Below are positions 1 through 12,078 of a stretch of DNA of 64,000 bases, one piece after another; position 1 is the stretch's first letter; each line of letters begins with the position of its first letter. This stretch comes from Chrysomallon squamiferum (lineage: Eukaryota; Animalia; Mollusca). Made by a program: the position numbers and the translations under genes. Under the pieces are notes generated by a model that was given only the letters and a program-made list of their open reading frames with translations, did no database searches and had not been told where the DNA came from. Location of the stretch: assembly GCA_012295275.1 (NCBI GenBank), contig CM022679.1:25606001-25670000 (forward strand), in the 5' to 3' direction.

Positions 1-241
1 CATGAACATTTTGCAAACTTTGGATTTAGGCAAATGATGCATAAATACATACACACACACACACACAAACATACATACATACATTATTGTATTTCATCAT
101 GATGCTTTAATATTAAATAAATCAGTATTAGCAAGTTTGGTTGTGTTCTTTTCATCTTTTTTTTTTTAATTAAATTTTTCCCTTTTCTGTGACAAAATCA
201 TTAAATGTTTATTTATTTTTTTTTTTTTTTATCATTTGTAG

Positions 242-304
242 ATAAATATTGTTTGGATTACCTCATATAACTAATTTTACAAGATGAAGAAAACTGAACT
301 CCTG
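242..304 (+). other. Candidate 63-nt internal exon (5'UTR or short leader MKKTELL)
   Basis: Long T tract then atcatttgtAG| at 241, and donor CTG|GTGAGT at 304/305. All three frames have a stop in the 5' half. ATG AAG AAA ACT GAA CTC CTG ends in phase 0. Linkage to the downstream gene is inferred only. Confidence 0.45.
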
Positions 305-1849
305 GTGAGTATGTCTTAGTTTCGAATTGTACCCTTTGAATCTGAGCCATTTTTTGTTTATTTACAACCATATATTGTATTTCTTTTTACAGTATTAAAA
401 AATAATATGTAAGTTTAAATATATTTTACAAAGATACATACAACTGATTTTGTTTTATTAAAGTACACATACTGTGACAATAGACTAAATAACATTTCAT
501 ATAATTATTTTATGTGCTTTTTGTTAAAGTGTATGTGTTGTTTTATGAACAAATAATATAAATTATTGTATTTTTAAAAAGATCCAAGTAATCATATTAT
601 AATTTTTTTTCTTACTTAATTGCTACCTACATATTGAATATGTGACAGTAGTCTAAATAATATTTAACATAATTATTTTTTTTCTGATTAAAGTTTAGGT
701 CTTATTAATAGCTACCTATCATATAATACCATAAATAAAATATATTTCGTATAGTTTCAAGTAATTATTTTATTTCTTTTCCTTTTAAAATACCCTTGGT
801 TTTTAAGGTATGGTATGTACAAATATATAGTAAATTTATTTTATATTCTTTCACCCTTTTATTTCATTCTTCTTATAAAAATATACCATTTTTTTGTCTA
901 AATAGATAGGCTTAATATATTTGTTAAATGTTTGTTTTAGGGTGGGCTTGAGGCTGTTATTTGCTTTTAGGAAATAAAAGATTTAGTATTTGCTTGTTAG
1001 GCCAGATTGATAGATTGATAGCTTACAATATATCCATATTTAATTTATTATTAATAATAGTATATTTCATTTATTTATTTGTATGTTTACTAACATTTCT
1101 AATATTTCTGTCGTCCTTCAGCAAAATAATGATTAAATAAGGGAAGTTACTCTGTAGAGACAGACTTTTTCTTCCTTCTTTAAAAAAAAAAAAAAAAAAC
1201 CACTATGCCATTAAAGGGGAACTACTCTACATCTTTAGATGTCATATTTCTTTCTGGCAACAATTCTGAACTGTTCTCGCAAAAGCCCTCATAGACTGAG
1301 CCATTGTGATTTTCATTGCTATTATATACTAATACTGAAATAAAATAAACCTACATCATCTGATAATATGAACATTTCGATAAAAACAGAGTAATAATAA
1401 TGATGATAAATAGATGATGACAACAATAAAGTCATTAAAATATGAAGAAAAAAAAATTATGAATTAAAATAATAATCAATAATAAGAAAGACTGATAACA
1501 CAGTTTTGATTTTTCACTCCTAATACTGTTTTATTATGTACAAAGTTTTGATAAGCTTTATAATACACCTAATGGGTCTAGTAATAATGTATCTGTATGA
1601 GACATCTAATATCTGAAGCAGCTAACATCAAATTTAAAAATCTTCAGTAATATTCACCAATATCCATGAGCACAATTAATTACTGTTATAACTTATATAT
1701 GAATTTGAATTAGGCAATTTGTGTACTATAGCTATATTATTTATTCTTTAATTTTTTCTAATATTTTCAGTTTCTCATAATTAAACCCCATGAAGCATAC
1801 TGTTGTCACATCTTACATTTTAATATTTATCATCAGATTAGTTTGTTTC

Positions 1850-2420
1850 TCAGTCAGTTTACTGGTTAAATTTCTATTAATAATATTATGAAATATACCT
1901 ATATAATCTATTCTTTTACTTTTCTAGTAATAAGTTACAAACAGTCTGTAATATACTTTAAGAAAAACAACAATGTTAAAACTCACATCTCAATATAAGA
2001 CATCATGCTTTTTTTTTTTTTTTTTTAATGTTGATTAGTTAATTTACTGTTTAATTTCCTATTAATAATATTATTAAAAAAATACCCATATAATTTATTC
2101 TTTAACTGCTCTAGTAGCTTGTTATTTTCACATACCTTCTGAAAAAAATCAAGTGTTGTAAATTACATCTATAAGCCATTTTATTGTTTTTTAAGTGATC
2201 AGTTAACTTGCTGTTTAAATTTCTACTAAAAGTGTTATATAAAATACTCATACAATTTATTCTTCAACTGCTCTAGTAGTTTGTTATTTCAATCTCTCAT
2301 ATACCTTTTGAAAAACAAAAGCATTCTAATCACGTTTTAATATATGTCATCTGATCATAGTGGTTGTTTTGATACTCTATTTAGTCAATTTCTGTTTAAA
2401 TTTCTATTAATAATATTTCA
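1850..2420. repeat. Degenerate ~180-bp tandem duplication, 3-4 copies
   Basis: The block ttactgtttaaatttctattaataatatt...ttattctt..actgctctagta recurs at about 1855, 2040, 2205 and 2385. Confidence 0.75.
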
Positions 2421-4411
2421 TTTTCAATTTTAAACAGAAACACTTCATTGGGAGGGAGATATAAAAAAGAAAAAAGAAAACGAAGTAAAATAACAGCAGA
2501 GTAATCTGGTCAAATGCAAAACAGCTGAAAATACTTGTTTTTATAAACACTAATTTAACAGCATTATATAAATAAAAAATTATTATTATAGAAAAAAAAA
2601 TTGCTAAAAGACCCCATTTCCTGAAACTGAATGAGGTTGGTTCCTGTTTTTCATTTCCTATTGTGGAAAGATAATGGGGAGAAAAAATTTAGATTTCATT
2701 ATAAACTATTTTTGTATAAATTTATACGAAATTGGAAAACCATTTCCATATGTCAGAAGAATGCTGGAGTTTGCAATGCAGTTCTCAACTTGATGTCATT
2801 TTGTATTCTCAGTATTATTTTTTTATTCTGTTTATAACATTTTTCTCTTTAAAACATTTTTTTATTTTTATTTTAAATAAATAAATAAAAGGCCAACAAA
2901 TCTTTTAATGTCACTTAAGTAAGGTTTATTTAACACTTTCACTGGACAATTTACAAATAGGTACAGGCAAAATCAGCAAGACTATATATCTGTACTATAA
3001 AATGTAACAGAACACAACACATACTGATATTTGGGAGTGTCTGGGGGTGGGGTCATTTCTTGCAGTATAATGAAAAGTTTTTGGGTTTTTTTAAGACCAT
3101 GGGTTAATCTGTTTTCTTTAGACAAAAGTTATGAAATTTGAATGCCTATAATCTGCTTATTGCATGGAAAGGGTTAAAACAAACATAGAAAAATCAGATG
3201 TTTTTGAAAGTGTTGAAGAAAATGTTAATGAAAACATCTGCTGATGCTTAATGAATACATCTGAAGTGTTAATAATAATGATAATGATTTTGACGATGAT
3301 GAAAATAATTTGTTTTTAATGCAACAGTTATTTAACCTAAACCTGCAAAAGGTTTAAGTAGGCTAAATATATGGTTACTTTAAATTTTTTCACTACAGAC
3401 CAAACTTTGTTAATAATAAAGTTTTTGAAATAATTTATTAAATTCATGACTGCCTATTGAATTTGCTTTTTTCCAATATTTTTTTGTAATTGCATTTTTA
3501 AATTAACCTTAACAGACATTTCACACATTATTTTTGAAAAATGTATTTATTTATTTATTTATTATTTGTTTATTAATTATTAATATTATTATTATTTTTC
3601 ACCTTAAAACATGAGAATGGAGTAACCTGCTATATTGTGTTAAGTTCTTGTTAAACTTTATTATTATTAAAGAATGAGGTCTAATGTAGGGGTGAAATAT
3701 TAAATATATTTAGGTTATTTTTTCCCATTACCATGGACTGATAGACAGGCTTACATTTAGAACAAATAATAATTTAAAAAATTATATATAGATAGATAGA
3801 TAAATTTATTTATTTATTTATTTTCCTGTTTTTTATACTGGTTATTCCCACCAACGAGAGAATTTTTATTTTATTTTTTTTTTTTAAATTTTGCAATTTA
3901 TGAAAAAGAAACAGTTTGAAGTCTGCTGTCTACATTAAAACTTGTAAATCTGTCCATGAGGTTGTTCACCTTTCACTGATCGCTATGGAAACAAACAAAA
4001 AATTGGCACCATTATATAACATAAATGGTTTTGTTCTGTGAGCTAAGTGCTAAGTTATTTTAGGTCAGACCCTAAGAGAAATGAGAAAAAAAAAAGAAGA
4101 AGAAAAAAAAAAAAGAAATTGGCAGAGATAAATTAAGTTAAAGAAAATAAATAAATTATATGGGTTTTGTGGTTTTCTTGAGTTTACAATATTATTTAAA
4201 CAGTATGAAACTAATTAACTGAAATGTATTTAACAACTACTGAAAAGTTCAAGCATGTTTTTCATGGGTACATAAACTTGTTTGTCTGGCAAGACTGCAT
4301 TAGTGTTATGGGAGCAATTCTAAAGTTTGGAATTGAAATAGTCCTGGAATAGGCTACAGAAAAATAAATATAACAGTAAAAAAGCATCATACATACAAAC
4401 ATAGATACATA

Positions 4412-4452
<41 letters not shown>

Positions 4453-4629
4453 ACTCATACATGCAGATACAAACACATACACATACATGCACATGATACA
4501 CACATGAGGAGTACATTTTTACTTGCACTTTTATGTATTTATATATTTAAAATCCAACATTATGAATATATTTTATTATTGTAAAGGATAGACAAAACAT
4601 TCCAGTGTAAAAGATAGACATGCATCCAC

Positions 4630-5150
4630 AGGTTAAATGCATGTTTTTGAAAGAACACACAGTTATATGATACAAGGAATTAGAATCAGGTAATATTTGA
4701 ATATTAGATATAAACATACTCAGGTTATATGCATGTTTTTATAGTATTAGAGATAAACATACTCAGGTTAAAAGCATGTTTGTAAAAGAACACACAGTTA
4801 TATGGTACTGGGTATTAGACTCTGGTAATATTTTAGTATTAGATATGAACATATTCAGGTACAAGGAATTAGAGTCAGGTAATATTATATTATAGTATTA
4901 GATATAAACATACTCAGGTTATATGCATGTTTTTATAGTATTAGAGATAAACATAGTCAGGTTAAATGTATGTTTTTAAAAGAACACACAGTTATATGGT
5001 ATTGGGTATTAGACTCAGGTAACATTTTAGTATTAGGTATAAACATACTCAGGTTAAATGCATGTTTTTAAAAGAACACACAGTTATATGGTATTGGGTA
5101 TTAGACTGGTAACATTTTAGTATTAGGTATAAACATACTCAGGTTAAATA
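4630..5150. repeat. Older degenerate tandem repeat (~90-bp units with ~44-bp subunits)
   Basis: The blocks aaagaacacacagttatatgg and tattagatataaacatactcaggtta recur. The anchor appears at about 4651, 4786, 4979, 5071 and 5161. Confidence 0.85.
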
Positions 5151-5607
5151 CATGTTTTTAAAAGAACACACAGTTCAGGTATGTTTTTAAAAGAACACAC
5201 AGTTCAGGTATGTTTGTAAAAGAACACACAGTTCAGGTATGTTTTTAAAAGAACACACAGTTCAGGTATGTTTGTAAAAGAACACACAGTTCAGGTATGT
5301 TTTTAAAAGAACACACAGTTCAGGTATGTTTGTAAAAGAACACACAGTTCAGGTATGTTTGTAAAAGAACACACAGTTCAGGTATGTTTTTAAAAGAACA
5401 CACAGTTCAGGTATGTTTGTAAAAGAACACACAGTTCAGGTATGTTTGAAAAAAAAGAACACACAGTTCAGGTATGTTTTTAAAAGAATACACAGTTCAG
5501 GTATGTTTGTAAAAGAACACACAGTTCAGGTATGTTTGTAAAAGAACACACAGTTCAGGTATGTTTTTAAAAGAACACACAGTTCAGGTATGTTTGTAAA
5601 AGAACAC
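5151..5607. repeat. 29-bp minisatellite, ~15-16 copies (AAAGAACACACAGTTCAGGTATGTTT[T/G]TA)
   Basis: Near-identical head-to-tail units with no spacers, read directly. Confidence 0.97.
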
Positions 5608-5779
5608 GTACTTGTGGTACAGGGAAGTAGGGTCAGGCAGACTCTGTTAGTGTGTTGCCAAGACACTTAATAACAGCTGAGAGCGCAGAGTTTCCAGGAA
5701 CCAATAAACAAGTGGTTGTTAGAATACTAGACATGCTCTTCACTTATTTATGCATGTATGTATGCATCTGTGTATGCAT

Positions 5780-5935
5780 GCATGGATAGATGGAAGAATG
5801 GTTGGATGGATGGATGAATGGAGGAATGGAGGGAGGGAATGATAAATGGAAGGATGGTGGATGGATGAGTGGATGGATGTTTGGACAGATGGATGGAGAA
5901 TTGGAGAAATGGAAGACAGAAGGAGGGATGATATT
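5780..5935. repeat. Degenerate (GGAT)n/(GGAG)n microsatellite
   Basis: Directly visible. It explains ORFs 5744-6070. Confidence 0.9.
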
Positions 5936-6149
5936 TGGTTTGATGTGTGTGTGTGTATCTATATTGAAATGCAGTACAGGTGGAATGGTATATATTCCTA
6001 AAGGGAGTGCCAACATACTCTGAGATATACCCACTGCAATAAAAATTGTCTGCACACATAAAATACACATTATATGTTAATATTTCATCACTTTATGATG
6101 TAAGGAAAACAACATTTCACATAATGACACTCTCACCATGTTATTTTTG

Positions 6150-6392
6150 TGTTATATGGCACCAAACATTATAATTAGTTAAAGATGAAACCCGGTGTTC
6201 CCACTTCATGATTAACTCTTTCCAGTTAGCATCAAGGGATCTTTAAGATGCACCACCTCACAAACAGGATTGTACACACCACAGCTTTTGTTAAAACAAT
6301 ATGTGAAGCACAGTTTTGAATGAGGAACAATTCAGTGGAATAATTCATTGCCTACTATACCTTGAGTAAGTGCTCCATCACTGAACTGTATT
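6150..6392 (-). mobile_element. Decayed tRNA-derived SINE with Meta/MESC-like central domain
   Basis: ttagcatcaagggatctttaagatgcaccacctcacaaacaggattgtacacaccacagc is the reverse complement of the GGTATGTG..TCCTGTCTGTGGGA.GGTGCAT..AAAGATCCCTTGCTGCTAA core shared with other copies in this window. The family label is from recollection of mollusc SINEs. Confidence 0.7.
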
Positions 6393-7749
6393 TTGTGATT
6401 ACAAATGATTATTTTATTTACATTACTACATGCCAACCTTTGCTAATAATAAAGTTTAATAATAAAACACCAAGCTCTAGGATATCGTGGTGGGAATCAT
6501 TTCACTACAGATAGCTAGCTAGTTATACAGATAGATAACTAGACAGACAGAGAGACATATAGATATATAGGAGGTGTGTAGGTAGGTAGATAGACAGACA
6601 GACAGACAGACAGAAATATATTAAATAATTCAGCATAAATAAAACTGATGAAAATTAAATCTGAAAGAAATCTTTTTTATATATAAAGAAATTAAATAGA
6701 CTAACAAAAGCAAAACAGCTACTTTTACACACTAATGAAAATTCAAAATGTATTTAGAATCTGTTAAAGGTTCAAGTATGGCTGTAGTGTACATGCAATG
6801 CAGAATCCTGAATTGTTTACAGATATAGTGTTAGTGTGTTAGAAGGTTAATTAGTTAGCAAATTATCATTCTACACCTCCCAGTCGGATATGTGTTGTAA
6901 CCTCCACCAAGACTTGATCCTTCAGCCTGTCACTTTACTTCTGAAAGCTTAATCATACTGTACCGGCAAGCCTCGTAAACAGATCTTCTGTTGATTAATC
7001 AGAGTGAGTTTGTATTTATTTATCTGCAGACAGTAATTTTCAACATCGAGGATTATAACCATTTATTAAATTAGGGTGGAGAAGTGGAAATAATTAGGTG
7101 AGGCTAGCATGACCCAGGATGTTGAAATAAATGTGATATTTTATACATGTATGTATCAAACAAAACTGTATATATCTGAACCATATGTATCAAACACAGT
7201 TTTACAACTATTTTATATCAGTTTGTGCCAAATGTCAGCTGTTGTGCAATGGTTAGAGATTTGTAGTATCTGGGATCACATCTGAGTAATGTCAAGAAAT
7301 ATAACTGTTAAAATTTTAGTAAGAGAATATATATATATATATATATATACTTGTCCATATATCACACATGAACAAGCATCAAAATTCAAATCACCCAAAT
7401 TCATACCTCAAAATAAAAAATTAAAAAAAAACCCCAGTGTGTGCATAACCTGAAAAACACAGAGCTACAAACTACAAACACACACAAACTTATTGATACA
7501 TTTGAAAGTTTGCTAAAACACACACAATACACACAAACATACAAACACTACATACAACAAATGTGCATGCACACACATCAGAGACACCAAAGACACACAG
7601 ACACATGGACAATCAAACACACATAACACAGACATACCAATATACCAACACACATACAAAATCAACATTCAGACAGAGAGAAACAGACAGACACACAGAC
7701 ACACAGACAGACATCATGAAATACAATTACAATTTGTAACTGGAAATCT

Positions 7750-8010
7750 TCACATTCCACCTGTGATTGACAGGCAGAGAGAGGCCACGCCTTTTTTCAC
7801 CGTTTCCTGACAAGATAACCACTATGCAGAGCAGAATCGCAAATTTCCCCCTCACTGTAAATAAAGTGGTTTGTTTCCTCTTCAATCCAATTCCGTGACC
7901 TCACGTGACCCCACCAAAGCCTTATAAGGGCAAATTGTTTCCCCTGGTAGACTGATATCCGATACAAAAAGCCCACTACTGCAGGTTGCTGTAGCTGACA
8001 CCGTGAACCA
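7750..8010. promoter_or_regulatory. Candidate promoter/enhancer with MCAT, CCAAT, E-box and CArG motifs
   Basis: ACATTCCA at 7752-7759, CCAAT at 7887-7891, TCACGTGACC at 7901-7910 and a perfect CC(A/T)6GG (CCTTATAAGG) at 7920-7929. CpG is locally retained across about 7780-8270. Confidence 0.45.
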
Positions 8011-8559
8011 GTGAGTGAGCGACTTCGTGTGTGAGTGTGTGTGTGTGTGAGTGTGTGAGTGTATGTGTGTGTGTATATATAAATATAACGGTATGTGTTT
8101 GCCAAACTTGTTGGAACGTTTCTGTGGAATTCTTCATAGCTCACGCATTTCTGCGTCTTTTTTTAAACATTTATCGAGACCGTGGGAAAGTCGTTTGGAA
8201 AACTTCTCGCTGCAAATGTTATGCAGGCACTATTGTGTAAAAACTTGGTTAATTTACGACTGCTGCAGCCAAAACTTGATGCAGTTTTTTTTTAAGAAAA
8301 AAGAATAATAATAATAATAATGTTTGCCAAGCTAAGGTTGGCAACTGTTACAAAGTGCAGATAATATCAAAATTTCACAAATTGATGAGAAATTCGCTAA
8401 TTACACAGTCTGCTACTCAAAAATTCATTTCTTGTTTATGTTGGATAGCACACTCTTAATTATATTGTTAAGCAAAGCAGATAAAATATTTTGCATTTTC
8501 TAATATTGAAAAGTGATACAGTGCTAATTAATTATAATAATTTTTGTAGTTGGTGGTGT

Positions 8560-8820
8560 TGTTAATTATTAGTGCTGTTGATGGTGGTTGTGTTGTGGTT
8601 GTTGATGTTATTGTTGTTAATTATTGCTGCTGTTGATGGTAGTGTTGTGTTTTTTGATGGTGCTGTTGATGGTAGTGTTGGTGTTATTGTTAATTATTAT
8701 TGCTGTTGATGGTAGTGTTGTGTTTTTTGATGTTGCTGTTGATGGTAGTGTTGGTGTTATTGTTGTTAATTATTATTGCTGTTGATGGTGGTAGTGTTGT
8801 GGCTGCTGGTGTTTTTGTTA
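8560..8820. repeat. GT-rich minisatellite (TGCTGTTGATGGTAGTGTTG units)
   Basis: Directly visible. It explains the hydrophobic pseudo-ORF 8700..8927. Confidence 0.85.
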
Positions 8821-9330
8821 GTAATTATTATTGTGGTTTTATTTGTAATATTGATAATGATAGTGAACAAATAAAGTTCCTAAAATATCTTATTTTTCTT
8901 GATTTGCAGAGAGTAGCAATCTTTTAATAATTCATTATCACACACACACACACACACATCACTGTACATAGACCAATAATAAAAAAAATCGAATTAAATT
9001 ATTTATATATGTATATATAATTATGTGAGTACTTTTATATATCATATTTCTCATTATTGATCTATCCATTACATGTTATATATATTGACTGATAGAATAA
9101 CAATAATAACCGTCACTTTTTATAACATTCATGTAGCATTACAAATTATACAATATAAAGTTACATAAAAAAAAACAATGCTTTATCTGTTATTCTTACA
9201 AGTGTGATGTTTTTACATGTTCGTGACACAAGAAAATCTGACAGTAAACATGTCAATAAAAACAAAAATGTGTTTCATCTGAAGAACTGATTAACCCATC
9301 ATCAGTCAGTTTTGTGTATCATTTTCCCAT

Positions 9331-9400
<70 letters not shown>

Positions 9401-9632
9401 TTTTGTGTCTGTGTGTGTATCTGTCTGTTTCTTTTTTCTTTCCTTGTTTCACTGCATGTCATCTTAGATGATAGTATGTAACAGTTTTAGTTTTAGAAAT
9501 GCTGAAAACAAAATTTCTGGAACTGCAAACAAACACATACACACACACACACACACTGATATAAAGATGAATGTATACATACAAATACACAGAGAAACAC
9601 ATACATATATACATATATATACTTATATATAT

Positions 9633-9667
<35 letters not shown>

Positions 9668-10489
9668 CATACACACAGATATCTATCTATATATATATAT
9701 ATATATAAAATTAGACACAGATGTCTCTCAAACTCTTTTTCCTTTTAAATGCTTATCTTTACATTTCTATCTTGATATAAAAAAAATCTTGTTTATATAA
9801 TATATATATATATATATAAACAAGACTTCTATATACCATGAAATACATTAAAATGAAAATAGCTGAAAATATGTAAATAAATGCAGTGTCCTCAGAAAGG
9901 TAAATGGTCTCTGAAAAGTAAATAAACAAAGAAAGCCATCAGTTTGTGCGAGTGTCACATTACAAAAACAAGATATAAATAGAAAAAATTATATAAAGTA
10001 GAAAGGAATTGCTTGTATCACTTACTACAAAGTGTCAAGTGTATTTTACATGCTGCGAATTCATATAATCTGAAGTTAATATTTTTATATTCATGTTTCT
10101 TGGAGTTTATTAAAACAGAAAAACTGAGGCTGGCTGAGAGAGAGAGAGAGAGAGAGAAAAAAAGAAAGAGTGAGAGGGAGGGAGAGAGAGAAAGAAGGTT
10201 GGAAAAAAATGTGTGTAATTAACACAGACATACACACACAAGACAAGTATATATGTACATCTTAGAAGCATGATTTGTAATGTTCAGTATCTAAAAAGCT
10301 CAGCAGTGTCCATCTGTCAGTATAAGGTTAAAATAAACAGAATAATATGGTATTTATCTTTTTTTAATGTAAATTCTCTTTTATAGCTGTATATAACAAA
10401 TTAGCTACTGTCAAAATTAGTTTCCTTTGCGTAACAGCACCAAGGAAAAAAAAAGTCATTAAATTTCTATCATCAGCTAATTCTAACAT

Positions 10490-10738
10490 AAAGTCTTCAA
10501 AGGTTAAGCACCACACAGATAATAAGAAAGTAAACCTGTTTCTGCCATGAAAAAAATTACTTGTTTTTCTATCTGCAGCAAGTAATCTTTTTAATGAACC
10601 TTCCCATAAACAGAAACATTCATACTCTAACTATGATAACTATCAAGAATGGGAAACAGCCTAATGCATGTACTAATGAGAATTTGATCCTGTGATCTGT
10701 CATGTGTCAGGATTACAGCACTAACCACAGTTTTACAG
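10490..10738 (-). mobile_element. Decayed SINE copy (same family)
   Basis: gcagcaagtaatctttttaatgaaccttcccataaacag core, plus the reverse complement of the tRNA-like head (tttgatcctgtg...cactaaccac). Confidence 0.6.
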
Positions 10739-11054
10739 GTGATCCAGACAACAAGAACAGTGGAATATTTATAACCACTGATACAGGGATGAGACATATT
10801 GGTCGAGATTTTGCCTGAGGATCAATTGTTAACATGATTCATAGCCTGTATTTTTACACTTGTGTGTTTGAAATAAATCACTCATTGTTTAACCAGCTTG
10901 TGTCATGTGATCTCAGCTTTTATTACCTTACATTTTGATTTTTGATGATACATCTGATCTCTGGCTTATTAAGGAGTGATTTTGTATTTTGAATATTCCA
11001 AGAAATTGCATACCAATGATACAATTTTTTTATTATATGATTATTCTATTTGTA

Positions 11055-11094
<40 letters not shown>

Positions 11095-11349
11095 ATAATC
11101 AGTATAAAAGTATTTACAAGATACTGTTACATAAAAATATTTATCTTAATTAATATTATGTTGAGTTTTTGTGCTGTAATTTAATTTGAAATCTAAAAAA
11201 GAAAAATGAAGAAAAAAATCAAAGAGAGGTTAGTGTTTGAGTTACTGATTAAGGAAGCAGTTAAATTAACTTTAAATATTAATGCTAAAATTTAACAGTT
11301 TAATTAACACTTGTTAATTAAGTACTCACACTTTCATGAAATTAAAACA

Positions 11350-11790
11350 TGATAAAATCAGTATTGCTTTAAAGTGTATTTAGATTCTGTAAAAATTAAT
11401 TTAACAAACATGTCCTGGTAGTTGTTAAAAAAGAGTAGTTTGATATAGTGAAATTCAATATAATCAAAACAGTATTATTTAAAAATGTATATAGATTTGG
11501 TGTTAAAAAAGACTAGTTTTATCTAGTGAAATTTAACATAATCGCAGTATTACTTAAAAGTTTACTTAGATTCAGTATGAAATTAACTTAACAAACAAGT
11601 TGTGGAAGTTGTTAAAAAAGAGTAGTTTGATCTAGTGACATTTTTAAACTTTCCTTACATTTAGTACAAAAAAAAAAAGACTAGTTTGATCTAGTGAAAT
11701 GAAAACAGTATTACTCAGTCTTAGTACAGACATAATTTTAACAAACAAGTTGCAGTAGTTGTTAAAAAAAAAAAGAGTAGTTTGATCTAG
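11350..11790. repeat. Degenerate tandem repeat with core GTTAAAAAAGAGTAGTTTGATCTAGTGAAAT
   Basis: The core recurs at about 11422, 11500, 11610, 11670 and 11760. Confidence 0.8.
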
Positions 11791-11799
11791 TGTGTGGAA

Positions 11800-12078
11800 G
11801 ACGATGCCCTATAAATGTGTTGGTAGATTGCCAACATTCTGTTAATGCTGCCTGCTTCCAATGGCAGCCCAATCACCTCTCAGCTCAGCTCCTCTCTCAG
11901 TCGGATTTCAGATTGCACGCCACAATCACTAGCATGGCTTCTTATAGTTGAATCTGGTTTTACCAAAGGGAGCAAAAGAAAGAAACAAAAAAAAAACCCA
12001 CAATTTTTCGGAAAAACAATAGGGTACCCATAAATTCTACCCTTTACCAAGAACTTGAAGAAAGACGTTATTTACAAG
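11800..12078 (+). promoter_or_regulatory. Candidate promoter plus non-coding first exon
   Basis: TATAAA at ~11810, two CCAAT boxes (~11859, ~11869), Inr-like TCAGT at ~11897, locally higher GC, and a consensus donor CAAG|GTGAGT at 12078/12079. Confidence 0.45.

Noticed and set aside
5151-5607. CRISPR-like array of 29-bp repeats
   Set aside because: Units are head-to-tail with no unique spacers, there are no cas genes and the context is eukaryotic; it is a minisatellite.
9787-9826. Hairpin tcttgtttatata...tatataaacaaga, and ctgcact...agtgcag at ~32642-32680, as possible pre-miRNAs
   Set aside because: The first is centred on a self-complementary (TA)n tract and the second stem is short. Neither matches a miRNA I recognise.
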